This document shows positions 49,235-63,297 of a stretch of DNA of 64,000 nt, piece by piece. The notes beneath the pieces are model-generated. The model was not told where the DNA came from. It searched no databases and saw only the letters and a list, made by a program, of their open reading frames with translations. Numbering within the stretch: the stretch's first letter is position 1; each line of letters starts with the position of its first letter. This DNA is from Bispira polyomma. Taxonomy: Eukaryota. A program made the translations under genes and the position numbers. The stretch covers positions 35,650,001 to 35,714,000 of the forward strand of contig OZ287754.1 of NCBI GenBank assembly GCA_965649765.1, in the 5' to 3' direction.

Positions 49235-51870
49235 CAGCTAATCTCTATATGTCAGTGGAATGTTATTGGTCCAGAAAGAAACTGTGATCTTAGACAGGGA
49301 GTTATAAATGACATAAATCCTGAAATCGTGTGTTTAGTGAAAACTCACTTTGGCAAAAGAAGAAAATTTTTGTTTTCCTGATTATATTTGGATAGGTAAT
49401 AACAATGATACGGTAAACTCTGATGCACCTAAACCTTCTTTTTTAAATTATTAAAAAACAATATGATGGTATATTGTTGTCCCCATGTCCAGGTGGTCAG
49501 GGAGTTGGACTGATGATCTGAACATTAATTAATACTCTGAGTACCAGATGAAGGTAGATATATGCATTAAGTATAAATACCAAAATACCAAATATTCGTG
49601 GTTTTGCATAAAAACCAGTTGTTTACTTTTTACTTGTTATCACCAGAAAACTCCATGTGGAAGTGTCAAAATATTTTGTACATTTATATACATGTTCCTT
49701 TGGTGAAGAGAATATGAACTATAACCAGAAATATATCATATTAAAAAAAGAACTTGTATTAATAAAGGAAAAAATGCAAGGTAGCGCCTCAGTGTTAACA
49801 GGGTCAGTTTTAGGGGACCAGACTGCTACTATTATGGAATGGCTTGTTTAGCTATATAAGCCATCCTCCCTAAATTTTCCCACCTTTTAACTAGTGTTTA
49901 CGGTTTCGAAGCAGTGCAAAAATGCAGGCTATTTAATTTGGGTGACGAAAAATATTTGATATGTTTACATGTTTTATTTTGTAGTATTTTACTACCTTCT
50001 TTACTCTAGTCATGTCGGGAATTAAACACGTGCATTGCCCTAAATGTTTTGTAAAACACTAGAGGCCTGTTGGCAGGAATTGTACTGCTATGGTGAATAT
50101 TTCTAAGGGGGTAAGCGTTTGCCCGAGTGAGGCGGACTAGCTGGATACTGCTCCTGATGGTGACATTGTGTCAACAGCTATTCTTAAAACAGCTACACTC
50201 GATGAGTTAAGTAATGGAGCAAATGGACCAGCGGGTACAACTCACGGGGGCAGCTTTAGCTCAGAACAACACCAGTAAACAGGCCAGTAATTATAGTACT
50301 AATACTTCTGCTTCTGTAGACCTAGTTACCAGCCCCATGGGTAGTAGTAGCGAAGCTCTGGCCAGTAGTATTGTCCCCAGGGTTGATTTCTTAAAACAAA
50401 ATGTTCAGATACAGACAAAAATCGAACAGCGACTAACAGTGTTAAAGAACTTTAACGAACCCTCCCAAGGTAACATTAAATCTCAAAGGCTATGGGGTAC
50501 TAAAGTACTAGTAAAAAAAGGACTAGATTGGCCCGAAAATCACATATTAACGGGGTGTTCCAAACTCAGCCTAGCTACAACGACCTTTCGTTAGTGCAGT
50601 GGGTATGTGAATTTATACAAATTTTGCAAGATGAGAAATCTGAGAGATTAAAAATGCTAGAATAGTGCATATGGGTAACTTGATGGAGGATGCGAACGAT
50701 TTCTCCTGGGAGGCAGGCAAGGCTTGTCAAGTCAAACTTAGCTAGCTCAATATTGAAAAGGTTGATCGAATCCAGAAAAGACTTTTAATTGGGTGACAGA
50801 GATTTACTGATGTATAAATTACTTCACTATGAAATTAATGGTAAATAATAGAAAGCTTTATAGTTTCTCTATAATAACACTATGTCATATATAAATAAAA
50901 TGTTAACAGATTGGTTTCAGGTAACATCTTGGACAAGGGGATAATCTGTCGCCAGCACTATCATATGTCTACATACATGAACTTGTCAAAGCGTTAAATA
51001 ATCAAAAATTGGTATAAATTTTGATGTGTAATACCTCTCTCGATACAATATATGATTAGTGCTTCAAATAGAAACTTAACTTTAATATTGACAAATCGAA
51101 ACTCGGACCATCTGGAAAGAAACTTTCTGATTATATATTCCCTTATGGCAGTGTTAACTTAGAATGTAGTCGGGAATATAAGTACCGTGGGATTTACCTG
51201 GATAAAAATGTAAGTTTAAATTAATATATAAAAAAATATTGTTCATCAGGTTGGGCTTACAAAAAAGCCAGTCAATGTGATAATATCTCAAATAGGGCAA
51301 TAATATATTTTCTTGGATTAGTTATCGTAAATATTTATGTATGTTAAGATTCTACATCAAATTGGTCATAAGATATAGGTGAAGTTTTAAAAACTCTGAA
51401 GATGTCTGATATACTTGGAAAAATGGATGAAAAATGGATAGAAATAGACATAAATAAACAAAAATATATATTTTTGTGAGACTATAAAAACTCTAGCTCA
51501 CAAGATATGCGTGATATTTTTTCAATTATGAATATGTCTAATATTTATGAATCCCGAACTATGGTAGATATTAAAAGAGTACCAAAAGATGCAAATACTG
51601 ATACTTATAGGAAATTACATGTGTAAGAAAGATTATGTTTAGTATGTAAAAATAAAGACATTAAAAATGAAATAAATTTTCTTTGTAACTGTGTTGCTTA
51701 TCAAGCTTCTAGGAAAGGTTATAGAATATAATACAACAAAATTTTACATCACTTTTCAGCAATTTTAGATGCTGAAATTTTTAACATAATATTGATGTCA
51801 TTTGAAAAACAATTTGTATTATATTTAGCTGATTTCTGGAAAATGAGGCAAAATATACTTTGTAAATAAA
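49235..51870 (+). pseudogene. Highly decayed LINE (AP-endonuclease start and C-terminal remnants) interrupted by an Ngaro fragment
   Basis: ISICQWNVIG..INPEIVCLVKTH near 49240-49350; YKYRGIYLD near 51180; Cys-containing tail near 51640-51710. Confidence 0.5.
49780..50780 (+). mobile_element. Ngaro gag fragment 5 (element-0 family)
   Basis: HCPKCFVKH*RPVGRNC and IVPRVDFLKQNVQIQTKIEQRL, matching 11735-12241. Confidence 0.85.
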
Positions 51871-52509
51871 TATTTCTGTATCATATGTACTTGTTTATGT
51901 GTATGTATGTACAGGTATGTGTATTTATATGCATAAATATAGAGATATCTATACATCTATATGTGTACCTATATATACTATAAGTAATATTTCCAGCTTC
52001 TATTTAGTAAACAAAGTATATATGTGTCAAACTATTAAGTTTAACCAGTGCCATTAGGATTGTAGAAACAAGTGACTCATAAGCCTATTTAAGTTGGACA
52101 ATTTATATGTATTGCATATTATCCATGTCACTATTAGATAGATTTATATATATATAAACACAAATATATGTCTAACTGAGAGAATATATAGTTGTTGAAT
52201 AACGTAATAAGATGCTATGGATTGATACCTTCATCAATTAGGCTCTGATGGTATGATACACACTAATATTAATACAGGACTCCTTTAGGTCAGGACTTTA
52301 ATCACCTTCCTGATCTGATGCTGATATTTCCTTAAACTAGACTCTTACAAAGGTCTACTTGAAAATTCATTTTCTGTCAAATGCACCTGGTCAGTAAAAA
52401 ATATATTTACAAAACGGAAACCTGCCTGGCTTCTGAAAACCTTCTATATTTACTAAGTGAAAGACTTACCTGCCAAGTGAATATGCACTTATTAAACTGA
52501 TGAACATAC

Positions 52510-52601
52510 CTGGCTACAGAATATGCATTTACAAAACTGAGATGGGATGACACCAGCATACAGCACACGAAAGATGCGAAGATCTTCATATACAGACTCA
52601 T
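52510..52601 (-). CDS. DH31: DH31 coding exon 1 (signal peptide)
   Basis: Acceptor tgtattttacag| (exon starts 52610), ATG at 52601, hydrophobic MKIFASFVCCMLVSSHLSFVNA, donor AG|gtatgt (phase 2). Confidence 0.8.
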
Positions 52602-52948
52602 TGTGGAAATCTGTAAAATACAGACACTAAACAGGTTAAACGTTAGGATTCTGAAGGTCAAATCATTACAGCTTTGTAAACTTGAGGCTCAGTTGTCTTG
52701 TAATGGGAATTCTGTGATATGTCTCCCATTATTTATATTACTGCGTTGTTTCTGGAGGGAAGCATGGTATGGACTAACAAGCCTGATATTATAACACATA
52801 ACATACACACAACACACATAATTTAAATGTGTTTTAAATTTAAGGGTGTGTTCTCTAAAATCCGATAGTCATGTCAATATGGTTACTATTTCGTATCCAA
52901 GATTAGAACCTTGGAAAGGACATATTTATGATATAAGTTGGTCTAGAT

Positions 52949-53918
52949 GGTGTCCGTTGATTTTGCCACACAATGATTTTGCCAGATAATGATTTTGCCA
53001 CACTTTTTACAGGGGGTATGATTTTGCCCTATTACCCCTTCATTTTGCCACACTTTTTCCCCTATTATCCATTAATTTTGCCACACTTTTTGGGGAGAGT
53101 TATAATACTAACATTACTTTTTGAAAAAAAAAATTATATTCCAGGTAATAAAAAAAGTCCCTTTGTACAGATAATAAACTTTATTTTTACAATATTTTGC
53201 TACACTTTTTTGACAGTTTATTACACAGAAAAAGAATAAGCACTTTATAGTTATCTGAGGGAAATTATAAATTAAAGAGTTTCTAAAGATTAATCACTTT
53301 CTCTTATCCACTGTGGTATTGTTAAATTGCAATAAACAGTTACTGAATGTTTCTTTTTTACTTTGTCTCACACATAATAACAGGGAATCAACAAAAGGTG
53401 ATTAACTTTACAAAGCAGTTATCTGAGAAAAGTAAATAAATCAAAAGCTCTTTGATAAACACTTTCCTGAGCAGTTATTTAAGAAAATTAATGAATCAAA
53501 GGCTCATAGAAAATTCATAAATCAAAGGCTCTTTGAGAAACAGTTTCCTGAGCAGTTGTCTGAGAGAACTAAATCAAAGGCTCTTTCAGAAACAGTTACA
53601 GTATCTTTTATTAGATCTACATCAAAGGAAAATAAGTGATACACACATGGCTTCTCTATAAGACCAATGGTTTCTCCACTTTGGTTAGCTAAAGGGATTA
53701 CTTATGATATTTTCATCAAAGGAAATGTAAAAACTTTTACTTTTCACTCTACCATAACATATCCTTTTAAAAAAAAGAATTTTAAAAACACTTTTAAAAT
53801 ATATTAAAAAAAAAGTGTGGCAAAATCAAGGGGTAATAGGGCAAAATCATACCCCCTGTAAAAAGTGTGGCAAAATCATTGTGTGGTAAAATCATGTGTG
53901 GCAAAATCATAGGGAATC
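52949..53918. mobile_element. Non-autonomous MULE/Mutator-type element
   Basis: 9-bp TSD ggtctagat (52940-52948, 53919-53927); long TIRs built of gattttgccaca units. Confidence 0.85.
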
Positions 53919-53989
53919 GGTCTAGATGACCTTGGGCTTGGAAGTGTTTACTTTATTACAGTCTTACAAGCTTTCAGTGACAATACGTT

Positions 53990-54230
53990 ATAAATTGCAC
54001 AGATTATAATTTGTTAGCCCAGATTATAAATTATGTGTACGGTTTATAATCTGTGAGTACGAATTAGAAACTGTGCACACGGTTTAAAGTCTATACTGAC
54101 AGTTTGTTGTGTGCACAGATTATAAACTATGCACGCAGTTTACTAAACTGTGATCACAGTTTATAATATGTGAGCACAGTTTAATAATCTGAGCACAGTT
54201 TAATAATACGTGAGCACGAATTAATCTGGG
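53990..54230. repeat. Degenerate ~21-bp tandem repeat
   Basis: Repeated (t)gtg(a/c)(g/a)cacagtttataa-like units. Confidence 0.7.
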
Positions 54231-55127
54231 TAAAAATGTTTACAAAGTACATGGTCCATATCAAGTATTACAAGATAAAAACTAAAACCACAAATATTGC
54301 CACAACTCTGACGGCCATTTTACGTCCGACCAAATTTACAATGTTTTCTTCCACCAAATACTCTGATGTCCTTGATAAAACCCAATATGTTGAAAGTCCC
54401 CACCTGGGTCAAAACACACTCAATAATTTTGACCCTTACCTACAGATGTTGACACCTTGTTGACCCAGTTAAGACATGCAAATATAATCAAGAGTTAAAA
54501 CATGTGCCACCTTTCCATAGTTCAAGTTATGGGAGCTGGAGATAGGTGCTGCAGATTTATTCGGCAAAGCCCATTTGTAAACACTAAACGTTCTATTATC
54601 ATGATAGAAATGTTCTTGATACACCTGAAAACACTTGGTTGCCATACTAATGAGATGATGCCATTTGTCCTTGTGATCGAATAGGCTGATGGTGAGCACT
54701 GTTATATCTTGATTTTAGTGTTAAACTATTTGCTACCGGACCTACTCCACAGTGAATTGCTGCATCCTTCCGCCAAATGTCATGCAGATGGTTTTAGTAG
54801 TTGTAATGTAAGGTAATAAGCAACAATTAAACCGCCAGCCTTCTTAGTTGTACACAAAATGATATGCTATGTGGAAGATCAAACTGACGCCGTTATTATC
54901 ACAACAGTCTTTGGGTTCTGTGGCATTCTTAATTAAAAATGAAACATTTCGCCAGTTTCAATCAGAAACATATACTAGAAGATGCTATACAAGCAAGAGT
55001 AAGAGTTTGTATCTAGTATTAAGTTTACTAATGATACCAGATTTTTGTAGTAGGTGTGTTTTCATAACCTTATACACTAAATGTCTCCTATTAATTGATG
55101 TTCATGTTTTTGTGTAATGTTATACTG

Positions 55128-55833
55128 GGCCTGTATTCACTAAAGTTCTTATACTTAGAATAAGAATTTTTAGTGTTCACTAAAGTTCTTATACTTAGAA
55201 TTTTTGCTTATTCTCAGAAAAATTTCTAAGAATGACCTTTAATTTTAAGAATGGTCAAGACCTTACTTAAGTTAAGAAAATGACAGAGCCGTATGCGTTG
55301 TTATACTAATAATTAGAATCATTGTTATGCTTAGAATAAGAATCATTCTTATACTTAGAAAATTTTCGATTCTAGGAATTTTTTATTCTTATACTTAGAA
55401 TAAGAATTTTCTTAGCTGAGAGTTGCACAAAAGAATGCCATGTCTTTTCCTCAACGTAAGTAAGGTCTTGACCATTCTTAGAATCAAAGCTCATTCTTAG
55501 AAATTTTTCTAAGAATAAGCAAAAATGTATGAGATGTATGTATAAATGAAAAGTATAAGAATTTTTCTAAGAATAATTATAAGTATAAGAATATTTTTAA
55601 GTATAAGAACTTCAGTGAATACCAAAAATTCTTATTCTAATTATCAGAACTTTAGTGAATACATCCCCTGGCATTCTTATGTATTGCTTTTCACAATTCT
55701 TAGTTGAAAAATTCTTATTTTAAGAATAAGAAAAACAAAATTCTTAAAATAGTAAATTTTCTAAGTATAAAAATGATTCTTATTCTTGGTATAAGAATTA
55801 TTCTAAGTATAAGAACTTTAGTGAATACGTGCC
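55128..55833. mobile_element. Foldback Harbinger-type MITE (55128-55667, CTG TSD) plus an extra right arm to 55833
   Basis: TIR ggcctgtattcactaaagttct pairs with agaactttagtgaatacatccc; CTG at 55125-55127 and 55668-55670; internal inverted blocks. Confidence 0.75.
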
Positions 55834-57037
55834 CAGGCCTCTCTCTAATTATACAACGTGATTTAAACATTTTTCTCAGATTATAAATCAGCTATAATGA
55901 TGTTCCATGTACAACAAGTGGGGCGCTCAGTAGAGTACATACTTCCACCCACCACCCACAGTCATTATTGCTCCCTAACATTTAATTTAAATCGATTCAG
56001 TAGTTGAATGTAATTGTCTTCTACTGCATTATGGATTTCTAACACATATATTTTAGGGATCTTCTATAGAACAATATACAATTCGATAAACAAAGAATAG
56101 TCCCAAAATACATATCAAGTCGTAACTAAGAATACAGCATATCATGAACACGATGCTTAAATTTAAGTTTTCTTCTGTGACTGGAAAGTGTTTCTTTTGC
56201 TCTGAACTTAAAACAAAGGAAAGAAACACAACCTGATTGGTGTAGGTAACCTTTAGAATTAGAGCAAAATAGATAGCCAAACCTTGTACATACAAGTAAC
56301 CTTTAGATGGGAGCTATAAAGATAGCCAAACCTTGTACATACAATATAGTAGATTAACCCAGAATCTCTGCTCTAACACAAACATATAGATATGAGTAAC
56401 ACAAGCACAACCCAGGTTGTACATGTGATGTACATTTCAGAGAGTGGGACGGCTAGATTTCAGATACACTCCATAACCAAATTCATTTTCCTGTTGTGAT
56501 CACAAAATAAGATCTTAAATTAGTGACTGACATTTCAAATGTAAAACCAGAATACAGAACCGACTAGTGTCAATGGTGTTTATGTGTGAGTATTTGATTT
56601 AGTAACCACAAACACGCTTTAGTGTGCTAACCATGAACTACACCATTTCCTGATACACAGAGCCTGCAGTTGTCGGTGTGTTTTCGGAATTATCAAAGAA
56701 AAGCCAGAGGATTACTCTTGTTTGTGATACTGAATAAGTAGATATAATGTAGTGGAAATTAATGAAAACAAAGTCCACATCAATAATTAAACACTGTTAA
56801 ACTAGTAGCACACCACAACATATGTCCATCGTTAACAACATATAAACAAGACCAATATATAAGAGGAAGGAACATAACTGGAGTATATGCGGTACACAAT
56901 GTAGAATATAGGTAGAATGATTAAACTAGATTTGTTGCTTCATTATGTGCAAAATGTTCATATTAAATACACATGCTGCATTTTTTTTATTGAGATTGAC
57001 ATTTAACAAAACATAACTAATCAAAATAGGGTTTTAC

Positions 57038-57250
57038 CTTTAGCTGAAATCTTGTGTGTCAAGGAGTTATCTGATGTATTAGTTGAGCTGTGTGTGTCCC
57101 CTGAAGCTCGTCCTGTATGGCTGTGTGTGTGAGCTGTGTGTTTCCTCTGAAGCTCGTCCTTTGTGGCCTTGTCACCCTAGTGCTGTGTGTCAAACTACTT
57201 TTCCCTGTAAGTCTGCTCTGATCTCTGTGGTTAAGAGTTCACACCTTATA
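57038..57250 (-). promoter_or_regulatory. Putative DH31 core promoter and non-coding first exon
   Basis: TATAAG at 57250-57245; Inr-like TCAGA with its A 31 nt downstream (57219); donor AAG|gtaaaa at 57038/57037. Confidence 0.55.
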
Positions 57251-58459
57251 TTAACCCTACCACACAATACAATAAACATTTAAAATACAGCCTACCGACT
57301 CTTATGTTTAAAATAACTGTAGTATCCAACCATTGGAATTGTAATATTTTCTGTTTGGTTTGATCATAATAAGTAAGCAAATTTAAATAATAAATCGCCA
57401 AAACGAGTGGGCTATTTGCACGAATCAATAATTTTGATGGGGCACAAGTTGGTAGCATTACAGTGGAATGGAGAGCGTATGCAATCCTTAATAGGTTCCA
57501 ACTCTTTTTATTAGCCTTTCCAAAGACTCATTTGACTAAACTAGTAAGTGATAGATTCGGCATTCGAACAGAGGGACAAATCCAAGCTCTGAAACATACA
57601 TGTCGACCAAAAAAGGCAGTTAGTAAGGGTCTTATAGAAATCACTACATATTTATGCTATGTGACAGTTTCATGAACAAAACTTCAAATATGATACCATT
57701 CCACTTTCAGACACTTGACTCCTTACTTGACTCAAAGTTAAAACAATCTAAAAACAACTATAAAACAATCTCTGATTGATCATATAATCATTAAAGAAAG
57801 AAGGGTCTTAGCGTTAGAGACACAACCAATCGTGGTATAAATAGGGTAATAACCCAATGAGGGAGAAACATATAACTGGTGAAATATGTAGGAGAAGCAT
57901 AACTGGCGAACGGGAGACTGGTTTCCTTTTCCAAAGACACTGGGCCTGCTCTAGGCTAGGCCTTGACTGTGGTCCCGTCCACAGCTCTGTGTGTGTCGCG
58001 TGGGAGAGCTCCTGAGATGGACCTCTGCTCTTTGGTGACTTTACAAAAACACCACCCTCTCAGTCTATTGTCAGTGACATCCATACCAATGGAGGCTGAA
58101 TACCAGCAAATTAGCCTTTGCTTTGCTAACGTTTTCAAGTCACACAGATTCCGAGAAAGGGAGACGTTTACTTTTACATAGAGTGTGTGTATACCTTGGA
58201 GAGAGAACAAGCCACTTAAAGAGAGCTTGGTTCATGTAGTTTATGAATAATATCTGGAAAACTTCCAAAGGGGATATGGGAGGGGGCGAAGTGTCGGGGG
58301 TGGGTGGGTGGGTGTAAAACATGTAGTGGAGGGGGGGGGGGGGGGGTTGATAACATCTGAAATTGTATGAAGCACCTATACCCACTCTGCATTAAAACTT
58401 CATTTCAGTTTTAATCTTAGATATTTGATGGAATAAAGGAAACAGTACATACACTCTAG

Positions 58460-60217
58460 ATTCCTTCCGCCTTCCCAACGATACATCACTTCAATCCTCC
58501 AGCCCCAGGATATAAGGTTTGTAACCTGTTTCATTTTAGTACACTGTCAGAGCTTGAAGTTCTGAAACTCATCAAATCCTCTACTATTAAATCTTGTGAC
58601 TTAGATCCCATCCCAGCAGTTATACTGAGTCAATGTCTTGACATTCTTGTCACACCCATAACAAATATATTAAATTTTTCTCTTCGGGATGGTGTTTTTC
58701 CCACCTGTTTCAAGACGGCAAATGTAACTCCCTTGATTAAAAAACAAGGGCTTGATAAAAACCAGCTCAAAAACTACAGACCGGTGTCAAACCTCAGCTT
58801 CGTCTCAAAAGTCATCGAGAAAGCTGTAGCTAAACAAATTTCTGACCACCTTAATAGACAAAACATTGAAAATCGCTACCAGTCTGCTTATAGAAAATTT
58901 CACTCTACAGAAAGTGCCCTTTTTTCCATCAGCAATGATATCAATCTTGCACTGGACCGCAACGACACAGTGGCCCTCACCCTTCTGGATCTCTCAGCTG
59001 CATTTGACACTATTGATCATGTCCTGCTCTGCGACACTCTCAAGCAGTGGTTCGGTATAAATGGCAGTGTCCTTAAATGGATCAGATCCTACCTTACTCT
59101 TAGGGCACTAAGAATTAAACCAGATGATCACCTATCATCTTCCATAAAGCTACCATATGCAGTATCCCAGGGATCCGTTCTTGGCCCTCTACTTTTCACC
59201 CTTTATACACATCCTCTTAGCACTGTCATCAATAAACACAATATAAAACACCACATGTATGCAGACGACACTCAAGTCTATCTCTCACTCAATCCACAAA
59301 ATGCAAATACTAACATAGACCTACTTGCAGACTGTCTGTCTGATGTCCAGGCATGGATGAACTACTCTGACAAAACAGAATTCAACCTCATAGGAAACAA
59401 GAAAAATAGTGAACTCCTAAAATCTTTGTTTCCCATCTCCCTGCATGGAAAGGACATACTACCTACCCAAAATGCTAAAAACCTGGGTGTCACTTTTGAT
59501 TCAGCTTTTTCATTTGATACTCATTTTGCCAACTTCTGTCGCTCCTGCTATTACCACATACGCGACATCAAAAGAATCAGAAACCACTTGTCCATGGACA
59601 CAGCGATAACTGTGGCAAATGCCCTTGTGAGTGGCCGCCTCGGCTACTGCAATTCTCTCTTGTACGGAGCAAACAAGTCAGGCATTGAAGGGCTCCAGTC
59701 CATCCAAAACTACCTATGTAGGGTCATTTTTCGCCTGGGTTGTCGCACAGACGTCACTCCTTACCTCAAAAAATTACACTGGTTGCCCATACAATCTTAA
59801 ATATTGTTTAAGATTCACGTTACCACTTTTAAGGCTGTAGTCACTCAAAAGCCACCCTACCTTGCCTCCCTTCTTTCCTTCAGTAACCGCAAGAGAGGCA
59901 ACAGACTCTCTGTCACTTCGGTCAGACCAATCAGAAAGGCGGGTTTCAGAGCGTTCTCCATTGCAGCTCCACAGTTATGGAACAGTCTCCCAGTTGACCT
60001 CAGATCAGTTGACACACTTATCGGTTTTAGGAAAAAGCTTAAAACCTATCTTTTTAATCTTGCCTACCCACCTTAGCTTTCCTCGTGCACGCTCCCACTT
60101 CCTTCCTTACGACTTTGCAATTTTCATGGACTTAATGATTGGACTAATTATTCTGCTGTTGCGCTTTAGAAGATGCCTAGCATCAATAAAGCGCGTTAAA
60201 AATCTATAATAATAATA
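58460..60217 (+). mobile_element. 5'-truncated L2/Crack-clade LINE
   Basis: KSCDLDPIP, NYRPVSNLSF, LDLSAAFDT, QGSVLGP, YADDTQ, LHWLP, AAPQLWNSLP..FRKKLKTYLF; (TAA)n tail at 60206-60217. Confidence 0.92.
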
Positions 60218-62164
60218 GATAGAGTGCATACCTCTGCCAATGCAACACAAAATATGGGAACATTCCATCTATATCAATCGGCTAAGACAGTTAATGTGGC
60301 CCATGTCTGGCCATTCCTCCACAAAATGTTAGAGATAAATAGACTTTCTGCCCTACTTTTGGCACATGTGAAACTGGTGTTCACCAATTTTTAGAATTTG
60401 TATCCAATTTCATATATGACAAGTAAAAAGGACATGAGCTAAATAAGTCAATTGTTTTAGAAAAGGTCTTTCTTGTTTTATTAACACAATATACAGCTTT
60501 GATTCCAAAATGAAAGGTCGTGTGATTGTTGGCTTTCATTGCAGTTGCGTGTTATTTATGTTCTTACATTGTCACAATTTTGAAAGGTTGATAATGAATT
60601 ATTACCCTCATTTTTGAGGTTGTAGTGTGAAACATCATTTGGACTGAAGGGTTTCTGCAACTTTTGCAATCTCTAGCCAACTAACTCTGCACTCTCATCA
60701 TTGGATGGCAGAATACAAGAGATTGTAACGTTAAAGTTCGGCTGTTTAATTTTAGTTTTTTTGTCATATAAAGAGTTAGGATGTTAGTAAATGACAAATG
60801 AAAGATCAAAGGGGGCATTAATATGTTTGCTGTCACAATTAAAGCTAAACTGATCCTCAAATTTTAGCTTGTCGTTCATACCCATGTTGATTAGTTAGAC
60901 TTCTGCTACTTTCAATATGACCAGTTTACTTCATGAAATAGAAAAAATACATCCATCAATGCCTTTAATAAACAGCAAGCTTGTTTTCACTGCAACCTGC
61001 GCGATGTCATCAGATTATTGTTACATTTCCTAACAAAGTGGCATTTGCTTGAGAGAATCCTGATTACTGCAGTTTAAGCACACAAAAAGAATAATTATAA
61101 CTCCAACACATCTGAACAGATCCCCATTGACAAGCGGTTGAGGCAAACAGAATTAAGTTAACTGGATCAGACTTGAGTGGTCCTTTTTCACTGAATAGCT
61201 CATCCACGTGGACAATGGTCATTCATAATGGAGGAACATTAGATGGACTATTGATATGCTATTTAGTGTTTTTATGTCATTAGCCTTTCTTAGACTGTCC
61301 TTAATAAGATGATTTATATGTTTGCGAAATGTTGGAGTCATCAATGCCTTCTTGGTAAAGTGGTTCACTTTTTGTTAGTTTTATGGAGAATTTGTAGGAT
61401 GCTCATGTGCAAACAAGAAAACTATAAAGCAGTTTGCTTCGGTACATTTTTAGGGACACAATGCATTAGTTGTTTTTCAGCTGGATAACTGTGGCTGGAT
61501 CTTGGCCCTTGAGTAGGCTAGTGGGCACTCTAGATTTACGGTGGATCAGAATAGACAGAGACAGGGGCTTCTCTACCCCCCGCCCCCCCCCCCCCCCCCC
61601 ACACACACACTTTGGACGGGTGGAGGATTGATTCCTAATTAACTCTTACACTTTTATGTATGTTAGTGGTTTTAAGGTTCATAGTGATGTTCGCATCATG
61701 GACATTAACATTTTAGTTAGGGAGACCTCTGTGTTTTTATATTAACTAAAATTGTATCACATTGCTTAAACTTGCATATAAATAAATCTAGCTAGTTTTA
61801 ATAATATCATTATTGTGTTTTTATTTGTGTTTTTATATTAACTAAAATTGTATCACAATGCTTAAACTTGTATGTAAATAAATCTAGCTAGTGTTAATAA
61901 TATCAATATTGTGTGACCTTTTCATAGACCAGTAACAGACAAACTTTAGAATTAAGTGCACGCCTTTAAGGGATGGCTTTGGACATCTGAACATTACATA
62001 TCTATAAATGTTATTTGTAGTGGGAGTGAGTATATGGACTGGTATAGCATGGAACATGCAATAGTTTGGGGAACAGTCAATATAAAAAATATTCCAATAG
62101 TATATCATCTAGATGACATTTGTTTACAGATTAGTCCTGCTAGACTACAAAATAGCATAGAAAT

Positions 62165-63297
62165 TCTGAAATTCGGGGTGCCGCAAGGGTGTGTGCTTGG
62201 ACCACTCCTATTTTCATTATATACTACACCCCTTAGCAAAATTGTTTCCTCCTATTCTTCTCTGAAGTATCACTTCTATGCAGATGATACACAGATTTAC
62301 GTGCACCTTACTCCTAATACATCATTTGGTGCCCTGGAAGTCCTTCAGAAATGCTTAGCAGATGTTCAAAATTGGATGCCGCTAAATAAGGTCAAGCTAA
62401 ATCCTGCTAAAACCGAATTCATATTGTTTGGATCGGGCACTCAACGTGCTGAACTGTCAAATTCTTTTCCTGCAAACATTCTTGGGACACTGTTATCCCC
62501 AACTGATAAAGTGAGGAACCTGGGAGTTTTGTTTGACAGTGATTTTTCATTTTCCAGTCATATCCAATCAGTGTGCAAGTCATGCTTCATTGGTCTCAGA
62601 GACCTTAGGAGAATCAGGAGGTACCTTCCAAAATCGGTTGCAATAACGGCAGCAAATGCTCTGGTTAGTAGCAGACTGGACTACTGCAATTCATTGTATT
62701 GCAGCTTGACCATAAAGGACATAAAGAAATTGCAATGCATCCAGAACTCATTGGCACGTCTGGTCAGTTGTTCTGCTCAGCTTTCAAATGCTTCACCGAT
62801 TCTGAAGTCACTCTACTGGCTCCCTGTTAGGTATCGTGTGTTTTTAAAACTGCTACAATAGTATATAGATTTCTCGATTCAGGTTTGCCTAAATGCTTTG
62901 AACCACACTTGAGTCACTACAAGTGCAATGTCAACACCAGGAGAGCTGCTCCCAAAAATAGATTGCTTCTTGTTCCAAAATATAAGTCCAAAGTACACAA
63001 GTCAAAGGTTCACTTTGATAAAAGTTTTGCAAATGATGCCCCTACCCTATGGAATAGTTTGCCTCAACACATTAGGACAGCTCCGTCCCTGTATTCCTTC
63101 CGGCGCAGTTTAAAGACCTATCTGCTCAATGATGCATTCCCTCCATAGTCTCTTTCCCATTCTTGGTGGACGTATTGATGACGACTTCCTTCTGTCTCTC
63201 ACCTATGTTTTTTGACTCTGGCTGTGGTTATTTTGCGCCTTAGAATTTGTTACAACGAAAATAAGCGCTAAAAAAAAAGTCTGATATATATTATTAT
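62165..63297 (+). mobile_element. 5'-truncated L2/Crack-clade LINE (second family)
   Basis: GVPQGCVLGP, YADDTQ, KLNPAKTE, SSRLDYCNSL, APTLWNSLP..FRRSLKTYL; 3' end aagcgct...tattattat. Confidence 0.9.

Larger units (their letters stand above)
37239..57219 (-). other. DH31: DH31 (diuretic hormone 31, calcitonin-family) neuropeptide precursor gene, five exons with a duplicated last exon
   Basis: Joined exons give MSLYMKIFASFVCCMLVSSHLSFVNA-YSVA-RSKR-EVDYPVLTLDVLEGLVDQLQEQISTQQQ-KR-RFDAGYGGRYGVAHSVGSKLM-ALKQAANWNGP-GRK* (99 aa). All introns are GT-AG with compatible phases (2,2,1). The mature peptide matches the annelid-type DH31 pattern as I recall it (R.DAGYG.RY...SVGSKL.ALKQAADWNGP-amide). 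Confidence 0.9.

Noticed and set aside
57970-57990. REST/NRSE-like site upstream of DH31
   Set aside because: Weak match only.
60250-61500. Decayed DNA-transposon (hAT-like) coding relic on the minus strand
   Set aside because: No diagnostic motif could be read with confidence.
61956-62165. N-terminal extension of the 301-aa ORF
   Set aside because: Flanking DNA that happens to be open upstream of a 5'-truncated LINE.
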